Assembly: GCF_001194135.2 (NCBI RefSeq)
Contig: NC_068987.1
Location: 90,910,246-90,966,996 of the forward strand
Reading direction: 5' to 3'
DNA from: Octopus bimaculoides
Taxonomy: Eukaryota
DNA: 56,751 nt
Both the position numbers and the translations under genes were made by a program. Within the stretch, counting starts at the first letter, position 1. The number at the start of each line of letters is the position of its first letter. The notes below the pieces were generated by a model. That model saw only the letters and a program-made list of their open reading frames with translations. It was not told where the DNA came from and ran no database searches. Shown piece after piece: positions 36,420-49,362 of this stretch.

Positions 36420-38000
36420 CAAGGCAAATGTTGGTATGGGGAAGACGGCAAAAACTGCCGGTTTGCCCACCCAACACCCCGCCAAAACTACAGGGGTCGT
36501 AAGGAGATAAACCTACCTGAGGAGAGACAACAAACGTCTCCAAAGAAAAGAATTTACAAAAGAAGTTCGCTCTTCAGAGGTTNNNNNNNNNNNNNNNNNN
36601 NNNNNNNNNNNNNNNNNNNNNNNNNNNNNNNNNNNNNNNNNNNNNNNNNNNNNNNNNNNNNNNNNNNNNNNNNNNNNNNNNNNNNNNNNNNNNNNNNNNN
36701 NNNNNNNNNNNNNNNNNNNNNNNNNNNNNNNNNNNNNNNNNNNNNNNNNNNNNNNNNNNNNNNNNNNNNNNNNNNNNNNNNNNNNNNNNNNNNNNNNNNN
36801 NNNNNNNNNNNNNNNNNNNNNNNNNNNNNNNNNNNNNNNNNNNNNNNNNNNNNNNNNNNNNNNNNNNNNNNNNNNNNNNNNNNNNNNNNNNNNNNNNNNN
36901 NNNNNNNNNNNNNNNNNNNNNNNNNNNNNNNNNNNNNNNNNNNNNNNNNNNNNNNNNNNNNNNNNNNNNNNNNNNNNNNNNNNNNNNNNNNNNNNNNNNN
37001 NNNNNNNNNNNNNNNNNNNNNNNNNNNNNNNNNNNNNNNNNNNNNNNNNNNNNNNNNNNNNNNNNNNNNNNNNNNNNNNNNNNNNNNNNNNNNNNNNNNN
37101 NNNNNNNNNNNNNNNNNNNNNNNNNNNNNNNNNNNNNNNNNNNNNNNNNNNNNNNNNNNNNNNNNNNNNNNNNNNNNNNNNNNNNNNNNNNNNNNNNNNN
37201 NNNNNNNNNNNNNNNNNNNNNNNNNNNNNNNNNNNNCCTCACCAACGCCCTATTCATGAAGCAAGTTGTACTCAGACCAACTAGAGCGAATAACATTTTG
37301 GATCTCTGCTTCATGAACAATATGGACATCATTCATGATGTGAAAGTGACGCCGACATTAGTCTCAGATCACAACATAATAGAGCTGTCTATGTTTGGGT
37401 CGAAAGTAACCAGAGACATACAGCCTAAAGGAAGCACCCAAAATCTCTCCAATCTGAACTTCCACAAAGCAGACTGGAAATCGATCCAAAAAGAGATCCT
37501 CAGACAGGACTGGCCGAAATATCTCTCCACACCAGACGTTGGCATGAAACTAGAATAGTTCATGTCTGTTGTGCAAGCCATATGCCAAGACCAAAACAAA
37601 TAGGAACGAGAATCCAAGGGAGAGGAAGATCCTCATGAGACGACGGACGAAGGTTGCAAATCGACTCAACCAACATCCCAAAAGTAGCGAAAGGTCGCGC
37701 CTAAAAAGAACACTGATGGAGATTAAAATAAGGCTGCAACAGTCCTATGTGAGGAAGAAAGCAGACAAAGAAGCCTGGGTTATAAAAAACATTAAGTCAA
37801 ACCCAAAGGCCTTCTTTCATTACGCGAAAGAAACAGCCTCAGTACGCTGCAAGACAGGACCCTCTTCCAAAAGGATGGCTCCCTCACAGACAGTCCAACC
37901 AGGATCAGTGAGGTACTGAATGACCAGTTCAAAAGTGTCTTTACCACCCCGTTGGAACACAGACAAGTGAACGAACCAGCGGACGTCTTTGACAAAACAT
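36420..38000 (+). mobile_element. CR1-clade LINE remnant (ORF1 CCCH finger; ORF2 endonuclease end and linker), spanning a gap
   Basis: QGKCWYGEDGKNCRFAHP before the gap. After it: QVVLRPTRANNILDLCF...SDHNIIEL, NFHKADW, IKSNPKAFFHYAK, LNDQFKSVFT. Confidence 0.85.
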
Positions 38001-38638
38001 AGTCTTTAAGAGAGAGTATTCTTACTAGTACAAATACATACATACATACAGACATGCAGACGTACACACACACACGCACACACGCATGCACACACATATA
38101 TAGATACATACATATATACATACATACATACATACATACATACATAATATATATTACCAGCCGAAACTGCAAAGATGATCTGGAACTCGACTGAGGAAAG
38201 AAAACTCNNNNNNNNNNCGTGGCATTCGATTATAAATAAATAAAAAATACACATTAAATACATGACATCATCAACGAGCGAAAAATACGTAAACACACGA
38301 GAGATAAGTAGAGGACAAAATACCAAAAGAAGATAACTCTTCATCAGTTGTGGGACTGTTTATTACTCCCCTTTTCATGCTTTTAACGAAAATATAAGGA
38401 ACTTCGTAAGACAGCGGCATCTAGAAATTTTAGAAATATAAATTCATCGAGAGTTAGAGCTGCGAACGAACAAACGACAGAGTGGAAGTAAAGAATAAAC
38501 AATCGATGAAGACAAACATTAAAGGCCGTTAAGCCAAGACGAATTGTAATGAGAAACGCCTGGGAGAAGTTTTGAAAGGATATAGAATAAATAGAAGAGA
38601 AAAAATGTCGGGAGACGAGAGAAATGACGTCCAGCTAC

Positions 38639-38965
38639 GTGCACATCTGGTCCAGAAAAGACAGAGGCGAGAGAATAATGGCCACGCAGTCTTGTCCACA
38701 GTAAGTTCTTACATTTATTTATAGTTTCTGCGATTCCACACTCTGTTTTCTTTCTCTATAATCCTCTTTATTTCCTGTTTCTCGTCTCCTTCGCTAGCCC
38801 CTGTCTTTCTTCCGTTCCCTACTATCTTTTGTTCCTTCTCTCTTCTCCTCACTTTCTTTCTTTCCCTCATCCTCTCTCTTGTCCCCCTTCCCCTCTGCCT
38901 GTTGGTCACACATGATTACAGGCCATTATTCTCTCGCCTCTGTCTTTTCTGGACCAGACGTGCAC
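38639..38965. repeat. 45-bp inverted repeat pair with ~237-bp spacer (unclassified)
   Basis: 38639-38683 and 38921-38965 are reverse complements with one mismatch. Confidence 0.85.
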
Positions 38966-39019
38966 CTCTCTTGGTAATCTGCCGGCCCAGTTTTTTCCCT
39001 TCATGGCAGAATTAATAGT

Positions 39020-39449
39020 CAAGACTATTTAAGCATTTTATCTGATCAAATTCATCCTATGGTTGCGGAACTGTTTCCGGGGGGAAACGCAATCTTTCAG
39101 GATGATAATGCACTAAATCACACAGCTAAAGTTGTTACTGAATAGCACGAGGACCATTCTAGTGAAGTTGAACACATATCTGGCACCACAGTCCCCAGAT
39201 CTCAATATTATTGAACATTTATGATGCATTTTAGAAAAAACAAGTAAGGAGTTGATATCCTCCACCATCATCACTACAAGAACTGGAGATTGTTTTACTG
39301 AAGAATGAACAAAAATTCCTTTGGAAACAATTCAAACTTTGTACGTAGAATTCAAGCTGTAATTACTGCTAAAAGCGGTCCTACCCCATATCAAAATAAA
39401 TTTGTTTGAAATTTTAAGGTGTTTCCATTATTTTGTCCAACTCCAGTAT
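39020..39449 (+). mobile_element. Tc1-family transposase 3' remnant with TIR
   Basis: AIFQDDNALNHTAKVV...QSPDLNIIEHL...RIQAVITAKSGPTPY, ending in ttattttgtccaactccagta. Confidence 0.85.
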
Positions 39450-39479
39450 TTATAACGACTGAAACAAGTGAAAGACAAA

Positions 39480-39662
39480 AGATAAAAGAAGCCAGTAATT
39501 TTACGGGAGGGGGAGACCAGTGTTCAACTGGTATTTATCGACTCCGAAAGGATGAAAAGTAAAGTCGATTTCGGCGGAATTTGAACTCAGAACGTAAAGA
39601 CAGAAGAGATGCCGTGAAGCATTTTGTCTGGTGTACTAACGATTCTGCCAGATTGCCTCCTT
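39480..39662 (-). mobile_element. Family B (Nin-domain) SINE
   Basis: Same domain and tRNA-like head as the 3148-3383 copy. Confidence 0.8.
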
Positions 39663-39769
39663 AGATTAAAGAATATTATTCTTACACAGCTTTATTCACT
39701 TACGTACGTTTCAAATGGTTTGAGGAACCGTTTCCGCACCGTACAATAGGTTACCTTATACCTTTTACT

Positions 39770-40110
39770 TATTTCAGCCTTTAGACTGCGGCTATGCTGG
39801 AGCACCGCCTTGAAGAATTTTAGTCGAATGAATCAAGCCTAGTACTTATTTTTTCTTTTTTTTAAAGCCTGGTACTTATTCTATCGGTCTTCTTTTGCCG
39901 AAGCGCAAAGTTACGGGTACGTAAACACACCAACAGCAGTCGTCAAGCGGTGGTGGTGGACAAATGCATCCACAAAGAAACACACACGCACGCCCCCCCC
40001 CACACACGACGGTCTTCTTTCAGTTTTCGTCTACCAAATCCACTCACAAGTCTTTAGGTGGCCCAAAGTGTCACGCACTGGGACTGAACCTAGGAGCACG
40101 TGGTTGGAAA
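39770..40110 (-). mobile_element. Family A SINE
   Basis: Reverse complement of tail and body (gctggagcaccgcc; cagttttcgtctaccaaatccactcacaag). Confidence 0.8.
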
Positions 40111-40311
40111 GCAAGCAAAGTATCAAATAAGTATCATGGTCAAGTAGAGTTTAGCACGAGAAGAGGCGGGAGCAGTGTATAATAAACGTGTGTTCTATTC
40201 TCTTGTGCCACACGTATACGAATGTGTGCCTGCATGCGTATATGCGTGTCTTGTAGTGTAGTGGTTGGCATGTCGTTAGAATCCTGCAGACGAAATTATA
40301 ACTATTTCTCG

Positions 40312-40610
40312 CCTTCGTGGCTGTGTGGTTAAGAAGTTTGCTTCCCATCCACATGGTTCCGGGTTCAGTCCCACTGCGTGGCACCTTGAGCAAAGTGTCT
40401 TCTACTATAGCCTTTGACCAACCAAAGCCTTGTGAGTGGATTTGGTAGACGGAAACTGAAAGAAGTTCGTCGTATGCACACACACACATACACACACACA
40501 CGCACACACACNNNNNNNNNNNNNNNNNNNNNNNNNNNNNNNNNNNNNNNNNNNNNNNNNNNNNNNNNNNNNNNNNNNNNNNNNNNNNNNNNNNNNNNNN
40601 NNNNNNNNNN

Positions 40611-40651
<41 letters not shown>

Positions 40652-40930
40652 TGCTGCAGCATGGCCGCAGTCTAATGACTGAAACAGGTAAAAGATAAAA
40701 GATGTGTGTATGCACGCGTGTGCGTTTTTGTCCCCTAGCACTGCTTGACAACCGGTGTTGGTATGTTTACATCCACGTGACCTAACAGTTTGGCAAAAGA
40801 GGCCAATAGAATAAATACCACACTAAAAAAAAAAAGTCCTGAAGTCGATTCGTTCGACTAAAACTCCTGAAGCCAGTGCCCCAGCATGGTCACAGTCTAA
40901 TGGCTGAAACAAGTAAAAGATAAAAGATAG
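40312..40930 (+). mobile_element. Family A SINE with an N gap in its internal (CA)n
   Basis: Head at 40312-40475, microsatellite and gap, tail at 40720-40930. Confidence 0.8.
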
Positions 40931-41576
40931 AGATATTCGGTGGCTCTTCTTTCGCGGATTTCATTTATTACGAATTCGTGAATCTTTTATTCGCTGATTA
41001 TCCCACCATGGACGCCGCCGCTACGGATGCGATGCAGTTCATCTCTTGGTAGACCTTGTTGATTCTGATCGTTGATCTTCTAGGATTCCTCCGCTCAGCA
41101 TCAATGTAAGACGCACCACCATTGGCTCAGCCGAGCTCTTCCGTTGCCTCTTCACAATCCACCATGCTACAGTTCCATGTCTTTCCCGTATCCCTGGCAG
41201 GGTGGCCGAACGGGTGCGAAAGGCAGGCCGTGACTATGCAGGGCACGGCCGCCACTCCGTGAGGTATTTTCACAGTACCCTCATACTCGGTATATGATAC
41301 TATACTTTGATACTGCTTGAACTGGGATTCCCGTTGCCAGGTCACACGTATGCCATTGTAATTACTTGAAGTGTTTAAGCTTACTAATTTGGACGGTCAA
41401 TAGATGGAATGTCACTTTGGTGCAATGGTAAGAAAAGCTGTTAATGTTTAAAGCAGATATTGCCTTTGAATGTTTCGTAGATGATGTTACATATCACGTC
41501 TCATGTATGTATGTCTTATAGCGCGCGCACACACACACATACACGCACACACAAATGTATATATGTATTTATGTAT

Positions 41577-41612
<36 letters not shown>

Positions 41613-43195
41613 GTATGTATATTCTGTTGTGTCTGGGGAGAATCATTCTCTTTTAGTGTTTTATAATTTAACACACTCACCGGTAAAATTTCTACTCATT
41701 TCTTTTTTATTTTTCTAAAATTTTCGTTGCGTCTTGCAATCATTTCACTAGCTTTTGACTCTGTCCGTTACAAAACTATTGAAAAGGTTGCAAGACGCAA
41801 CGAAAACTAAAAAAAAAAAAAAAAAAAAAAAAAAAATAAAAAAGAAATAAGTGGAAATTTTACCGGTGAGTGTGTTAAATTATAAGGCACCAAAAGAGAA
41901 TGACTCTCCCCAAACACAACAGAATATGCTTCAACACACGAACTCACATAAAGAATCTTGCAAACCAAATCCCAAAACGAAATATATATGTATATATAAA
42001 TGTATGTGCCTGTATGCGCGCGTGTGTATATATGTGTGCATGTGAGTCATTAGTTTGTGAATGAATCTTGCTAATGTCAGCCACAAGTCACATTCTTTCT
42101 TTCCGTGTCATCTCATTTACTAACAGACAACAAGTAAAACTAAGAAAGAAAATAACAAAATATGATCTTCCTTTCTGTAGTGACATTATTCCTATCATGA
42201 TACCATGACTATTATGAACTTCTACATTCATTTTGTCTTTATCATATACTTATCTCCGCATAGAAATTTTAATGAGCGAAACTTTTCGATAGAACTTTTG
42301 CACCAAATTTCAATGCTCACGCGCACACATACACACATCCACACGCGGGCGCACGCTCCAATATGTCTGAATTTTCTTCCATTTCTCAGAATGCTACACC
42401 ATCTAAGTTATGATTTCCCCATTCGATTTGGCAGAAAATCAGGCCTCCCTCCGTTCCAGCTGAACTTTAACACGACAGCCATGTATTCGGAAAACAATCC
42501 CATCCCCAACCTTGGGAAAATGTTTTATTGGATCACAACCTCTAGTATAACATATAATCGATTTAAGAAAGCTTTCTGATTTTGAAAACTCTAAGGGAAT
42601 TCAATCTAATCTATTTGATTTTCATTGCTGGTTTCCTTTAACCCTTTCAATATAGAGTTAGATGTGAGTTCACACAAAGTTTTAGACTTCTTGACGAAGA
42701 AATTAGTATTAATGTGATAGTTTCTGCTAAAAGTTTAGCATCTACGTTGGCTGGGGAAATATTCCTCTCTTTATTGTCACATAAATCTTACGTTGAATAA
42801 CTTATTCAGTAGGATATTACTAGTGGCTTTTTTCTCGTTTACATTCGTTGAATGCTGTGTATACTTACGGAATTCTCTTACACATCCTATCAAACATCTT
42901 TCACTGTTGTACACGCCTGCTCAGATATAAGTAGTCTTATATTTAAATGTAAATGCATAAATGCATACACGTACGCACATATATATATATATCTTCGTAA
43001 GTACATACACGTATACAAAGGTATGTATGCATGTATGTGCCTACACACACACATACACACAAGCGCGCGCACGAACACACACATATAAATACAAGCGCAG
43101 ACACAGCTGTGTGGGGAACACGATCTCTTTGCAGCTACCCTGGTTTCCAGTTCAATCCCTTTGCACGGCATATTGCGTAAACAAAGAAGCCCGTC

Positions 43196-43227
<32 letters not shown>

Positions 43228-44128
43228 NNNNNNNNNNNNNNNNNNNNNNNNNNNNNNNNNNNNNNNNNNNNNNNNNNNNNNNNNNNNNNNNNNNNNNNNN
43301 NNNNNNNNNNNNNNNNNNNNNNNNNNNNNNNNNNNNNNNNNNNNNNNNNNNNNNNNNNNNNNNNNNNNNNNNNNNNNNNNNNNNNNNNNNNNNNNNNNNN
43401 NNNNNNNNNNNNNNNNNNNNNNNNNNNNNNNNNNNNNNNNNNNNNNNNNNNNNNNNNNNNNNNNNNNNNNNNNNNNNNNNNNNNNNNNNNNNNNNNNNNN
43501 NNNNNNNNNNNNNNNNNNNNNNNNNNNNNNNNNNNNNNNNNNNNNNNNNNNNNNNNNNNNNNNNNNNNNNNNNNNNNNNNNNNNNNNNNNNNNNNNNNNN
43601 NNNNNNNNNNNNNNNNNNNNNNNNNNNNNNNNNNNNNNNNNNNNNNNNNNNNNNNNNNNNNNNNNNNNNNNNNNNNNNNNNNNNNNNNNNNNNNNNNNNN
43701 NNNNNNNNNNNNNNNNNNNNNNNNNNNNNNNNNNNNNNNNNNNNNNNNNNNNNNNNNNNNNNNNNNNNNNNNNNNNNNNNNNNNNNNNNNNNNNNNNNNN
43801 NNNNNNNNNNNNNNNNNNNNNNNNNNNNNNNNNNNNNNNNNNNNNNNNNNNNNNNNNNNNNNNNNNNNNNNNNNNNNNNNNNNNNNNNNNNNNNNNNNNN
43901 NNNNNNNNNNNNNNNNNNNNNNNNNNNNNNNNNNNNNNNNNNNNNNNNNNNNNNNNNNNNNNNNNNNNNNNNNNNNNNNNNNNNNNNNNNNNNNNNNNNN
44001 NNNNNNNNNNNNNNNNNNNNNNNNNNNNNNNNNNNNNNNNNNNNNNNNNNNNNNNNNNNNNNNNNNNNNNNNNNNNNNNNNNNNNNNNNNNNNNNNNNNN
44101 NNNNNNNNNNNNNNNNNNNNNNNNNNNN

Positions 44129-44182
<54 letters not shown>

Positions 44183-44329
44183 GTGGAGAGAGACAAAGAA
44201 TTAATAAAATTGCAGTGATGGCTTCATATTAAAGTATTTTAGTTTCCAACAGCTAGTTAAGGTCACATGGTTGTTTTTGATATCGTTTCGACATCAATTT
44301 TATTGGTAGATCCTCGTGGTGGAGCAGAA

Positions 44330-45290
44330 AAGATGCTGACGTCACTAAGAAGGCATTGTGCAGAATATGGTATTTCAGCGACACCACGTCTTTATACGTT
44401 GTAGGACAGGCAACCACTTCGACTGTGTCCGGTTAGATATGAATTTGTGTGATCAGCATGAGTGAAAGTAGGTTGTAAATACGATTTGTACTGTATTTTG
44501 CTTGGCCAGTTAGGCTGAGGGTGGTATATTCGAATTATTAGTGGCCAGTCGCTTGAAGTTCACGCACAGGGTGTACCTCTGATGGCAACAATAAGATAGG
44601 TAAGCTTTCTATTGATGGATACAGCGGTTTGGTGAAATATGTGTAGTTTCTCATGGGGGGAGTGGGCAATATACGAGCTCCAGGTGCATAAGGAGGGGCT
44701 GTGTAAAGGATGCTTCATGTGATCTTGGAGAAATCGTTTCGATGCTTCTAGAGCCTCCAGTTGTGATAGATATTTCCTTGCTACAAAATCTAAAGATGTG
44801 CCTGTATTGTATCTTTCCTTAGACTTATTGGCTGTTTGGCTGCAGTATTATCTCGTGATATTATTGTATCGTGTGAGGGGTGGCTCTATAGAGACCAATT
44901 TTTGAAAATGAAGATTTTGTTGGGCAGGTGGTAAGATTTCGATAGTTACAAGTTGGAGCAGGTGGTGAAGACTGAGTGGGTGCGTGTTAGCATCTGTTGT
45001 AGCGTGCATTGGTGGAAACGATATTATCTAAGCACGTGTAGCTAACCTTGAAGTTATGGGAATTAAAGAGTTTATGGTACGTATGGGTTTTTTGGAAATG
45101 CTTTCTAATTAGCGCCAGGAATCTTCTAATGATATTAGCGGAAACATCTAAATTGAATGGAAGATTAAACCAGATTATTTTTCTCTTTCTAACTCTCTTT
45201 ACTAATTTAACAGAAAAGTTCGACTGTTTCAAACCTATACCCATTTGTGCAACGAACAAGAAGTCGAAGTACGATAAAAAGTTTCAAGGT
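44330..45290 (-). mobile_element. Penelope-like retroelement remnant (post-RT linker and GIY-YIG region)
   Basis: RKIIWFNLPFNLDVSANIIRRFLALIRKHFQKTHTYHKLFNSHNFKVSYTC, then CNYRNLTTCP...GLYRAT. Confidence 0.8.
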
Positions 45291-45820
45291 GCCTCAGTTT
45301 TCAAATTGAGGAAAAAAGTAAAATACGATAACAATAAAGCTTTGTGAAAATAGTGCCATGCTGGAATACGAGCTCAGAAAACCGATTTAGTTTGCATATT
45401 TCTTCAGTTAAACAAAATGAAATAATGCCGTAATCAGCTCAAATGCATAAAAAAAAACTCTCAAAGCTTTTTCCAACAGCAAAATAATAAAATTAGAATT
45501 GCAGTTAAGCCTGGTCTGATAGTATTTAGGAGAACCTATTAATTAAAAAGACTCCACCTGAGAAAATATACGGCACGAATAAAAAAAAATGTTATTGCTT
45601 TTCCTTTCTGAAAGGACAAATTGAAGATAGAAGTAATATTCAGTTCGTAATTTTGGACGATATTATTTATTGTTCGGTAGATATTACAATGAATAGCAAA
45701 ATAAAATTGCATCCTGCTTTTTTTTTTTTCGTTTTTAGCTTGGTTAATTCTTGAAGCAAAAACTGCCGCCGAATTGCTGTTGTATGAAGTCATGAAAAAG
45801 TTCTTTTTTTTTTTTTTTAA

Positions 45821-45934
45821 GGCGGCGAGCTGGCAGAAACGTTAGCGTGCCGAGCGAAATGCTTAGCGCTGTGTCGTTTGTCAGTACGTTCTGAGTTCAA
45901 ATTCCGCCGAGGTCGACTTTGCTTTTCATCCTTT
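45821..45934 (+). mobile_element. Family B SINE 5' part (runs into an N gap)
   Basis: ggcggcgagctggcagaaacgttagc...gttctgagttcaaattccgccgaggtcgactttgcttttcatccttt. Confidence 0.85.
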
Positions 45935-47206
45935 NNNNNNNNNNNNNNNNNNNNNNNNNNNNNNNNNNNNNNNNNNNNNNNNNNNNNNNNNNNNNNNNNN
46001 NNNNNNNNNNNNNNNNNNNNNNNNNNNNNNNNNNNNNNNNNNNNNNNNNNNNNNNNNNNNNNNNNNNNNNNNNNNNNNNNNNNNNNNNNNNNNNNNNNNN
46101 NNNNNNNNNNNNNNNNNNNNNNNNNNNNNNNNNNNNNNNNNNNNNNNNNNNNNNNNNNNNNNNNNNNNNNNNNNNNNNNNNNNNNNNNNNNNNNNNNNNN
46201 NNNNNNNNNNNNNNNNNNNNNNNNNNNNNNNNNNNNNNNNNNNNNNNNNNNNNNNNNNNNNNNNNNNNNNNNNNNNNNNNNNNNNNNNNNNNNNNNNNNN
46301 NNNNNNNNNNNNNNNNNNNNNNNNNNNNNNNNNNNNNNNNNNNNNNNNNNNNNNNNNNNNNNNNNNNNNNNNNNNNNNNNNNNNNNNNNNNNNNNNNNNN
46401 NNNNNNNNNNNNNNNNNNNNNNNNNNNNNNNNNNNNNNNNNNNNNNNNNNNNNNNNNNNNNNNNNNNNNNNNNNNNNNNNNNNNNNNNNNNNNNNNNNNN
46501 NNNNNNNNNNNNNNNNNNNNNNNNNNNNNNNNNNNNNNNNNNNNNNNNNNNNNNNNNNNNNNNNNNNNNNNNNNNNNNNNNNNNNNNNNNNNNNNNNNNN
46601 NNNNNNNNNNNNNNNNNNNNNNNNNNNNNNNNNNNNNNNNNNNNNNNNNNNNNNNNNNNNNNNNNNNNNNNNNNNNNNNNNNNNNNNNNNNNNNNNNNNN
46701 NNNNNNNNNNNNNNNNNNNNNNNNNNNNNNNNNNNNNNNNNNNNNNNNNNNNNNNNNNNNNNNNNNNNCTTTATTACTATAGCAACAGACCTTTGTGGCG
46801 ATAATTCCCTTTGCACGTTGATAGAATTAATATAATCCAAACTTGATTCTCACGAAAGGCATTTACCATCTTTTCTTTTAGCATATTTCTATGTTGCTGA
46901 AGAATTACTTTCTACATTGACCATTTGTTAAGAGAAACTTTCATCTGGTTCCACAGATCAACAATGTGAAGAGGTTCATACTTGGGAATATATAAATTAA
47001 TTAATGAAGATAATGAGTCATTGAGAAGGCGGATCCTTCTTTCATCCATAAAATGGTTAGCGAGGAATAACCAATAACAGAGAACTCCTATCCAGTGAGA
47101 TGTAGTGAGATTACATTTTCAAATGGAATTTTCTAGTTGAGACAAGCGCGATAACGGAATTACATGTTGTGTGCCAATATGTTGTTCATGAATTTTATTT
47201 GACATT

Positions 47207-47790
47207 TACGAGGTTCGATAAAAGATATTGGGTCTGTTGCTATGGTAACGGAGATAAAGTACGCAGAGTATATGCTGCGCATATACACTTGCTTACAACG
47301 TTCTTCGCTCAGTTTCGTTGTTTATGGCAATGCTTGGAAATAAAGTGTGTAGAGTGCGGTCGTCTCAAAAAGAAGATCAGGTTTCAGCTGTGCAGAATCT
47401 CTTTGATTGTTTCGAAAAGGATAGAAGCTTTTTGATGCTGGTCATAACAGGTGACGAATTGTTGGTCTGTGGCGATGACTCGGAAACCAAGGCTTGGAAT
47501 GAACCGTACTTGAAAGGAATAAGGTTTCAAGACGTCGATGAAATCTAAGAGAATGCGACGAGGCTGCTGCTCGCTCTTCTCAAAAAGGGAGTTCCAAGAA
47601 TGTTTCCATCGGTGGAAACGATACTGGATAAAGTGTGTGACTTTAGAAGGAAGGAAGCACTTCGAAGTAGTCCCCTTCCTTTTGGGGACGAATTCGAAGG
47701 AGATTAAACGCCGGATTGATATGTTTTGTACTTTTCTTTTTTTAGCACCAGCCCCGATAATCTTTGTTCAGATCTCGTTTGAGTCCCGTA
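47207..47790 (+). mobile_element. Internally deleted mariner element
   Basis: TA-cgagg TIR start. DRSFLMLVITGDE, LKGIRFQDVDEI, EFQECFHRWKRYWIKCVTLEG. Degenerate 3' TIR near 47752-47778. Confidence 0.82.
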
Positions 47791-47810
47791 TTTAGTAAAC
47801 TTGAAAAATA

Positions 47811-49140
47811 TATTAGGCTGGCAACTAAATTCCCACATTTTTTAAAAAATTTAAATTTTTTAAAAGGTTTAATAAAAAAGTAACAACTAATTAATCAATA
47901 ATGTATTCACCTTTGTTGCTTACAACTTCTTCCCAACGTTCAACAAGANNNNNNNNNNNNNNNNNNNNNNNNNNNNNNNNNNNNNNNNNNNNNNNNNNNN
48001 NNNNNNNNNNNNNNNNNNNNNNNNNNNNNNNNNNNNNNNNNNNNNNNNNNNNNNNNNNNNNNNNNNNNNNNNNNNNNNNNNNNNNNNNNNNNNNNNNNNN
48101 NNNNNNNNNNNNNNNNNNNNNNNNNNNNNNNNNNNNNNNNNNNNNNNNNNNNNNNNNNNNNNNNNNNNNNNNNNNNNNNNNNNNNNNNNNNNNNNNNNNN
48201 NNNNNNNNNNNNNNNNNNNNNNNNNNNNNNNNNNNNNNNNNNNNNNNNNNNNNNNNNNNNNNNNNNNNNNNNNNNNNNNNNNNNNNNNNNNNNNNNNNNN
48301 NNNNNNNNNNNNNNNNNNNNNNNNNNNNNNNNNNNNNNNNNNNNNNNNNNNNNNNNNNNNNNNNNNNNNNNNNNNNNNNNNNNNNNNNNNNNNNNNNNNN
48401 NNNNNNNNNNNNNNNNNNNNNNNNNNNNNNNNNNNNNNNNNNNNNNNNNNNNNNNNNNNNNNNNNNNNNNNNNNNNNNNNNNNNNCAAGCAATTCCTAAT
48501 GGATAATTCCTTCCCAGTTCCACCATACGCACAGCATCGTTTTACGCGGATGAAGATCTTGTTTCACGCGCGGTGTCGCTTGTTTACCGGGGCTAAGCCA
48601 TTCCTTAAGCTGTTTCATATTGGTGTGCAGGCACAATTTTACGTTGCCAGTAACGATTCGGTAAAGAAATCGTTGCTTGTGTCCACGAGTTGAGCGGTGA
48701 CGAGCAAGTAAACCAGCGGAGATCGTGGCTCGTTGATTTTTTTGTTGTTGTCACTTAAAGCAAGCGGAACTCATGCTCCATACTTCTGAACTTTTCTCAT
48801 CGAGTGAAGATGCTTCTTTATAACAGTGTGGGAGCATTCCATTTTCTCTGCCAGTTCCCTTGTCATGCAAAAGTTGGTTTAATCGCTCTTCATCGAACTC
48901 AACTGGACGGCCAGAACGAGGTGCGTCTTTGAGGTCAAAATTTCCAATTTTTGAACTTGGCATACCAATCACGAGCGGTTCTTTCAGCTATGGCACACTC
49001 TCTAAACACAGCACAAATGTCGCGAGCAGTTTTTGCGGCCTTAGAACCTTGATAAAAAGCATACAGAAAGAGGTGTCGAAAATGCTCGCTTTTCTTAACT
49101 TGACATTCCATTTTGATGATCTGAAAATAAACAAAAATTA
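47811..49140 (-). mobile_element. mariner (SETMAR/Hsmar-like) transposon remnant spanning a gap
   Basis: GNFDLKDAPRSGRPVEFDEERLNQLLH (HTH region), LVERWEEVVSNKGEYIID*, TIR tattaggctggcaactaa at 47811. Confidence 0.88.
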
Positions 49141-49326
49141 ACTAAAATTAACTAGAAAAAACAAACAAAAAAAAAACCTAACAAAACAAAACAAAAAATC
49201 AAAATAGATTCCAAAATGATTCAAAAATAGAATTCTCGAAAAAAATAGATACCAAAATTTAAAAACGCAATAAATTAAAAAANNNNNNNNNNTGTTTGGG
49301 AGGAAGATTTCACGAATAATTTTTTT

Positions 49327-49327
<1 letters not shown>

Positions 49328-49362
<35 letters not shown>

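Noticed and set aside
42390-42579. Possible terminal exon (+, MLHHLSYDFPIRFGRK...) and overlapping minus-strand frames (FPKVGDGIVFRIHG; VYNSERCLIGC at ~42870-42918)
   Set aside because: Open on both strands with only fleeting resemblance to POT1 or GT2 motifs; no coherent gene model.
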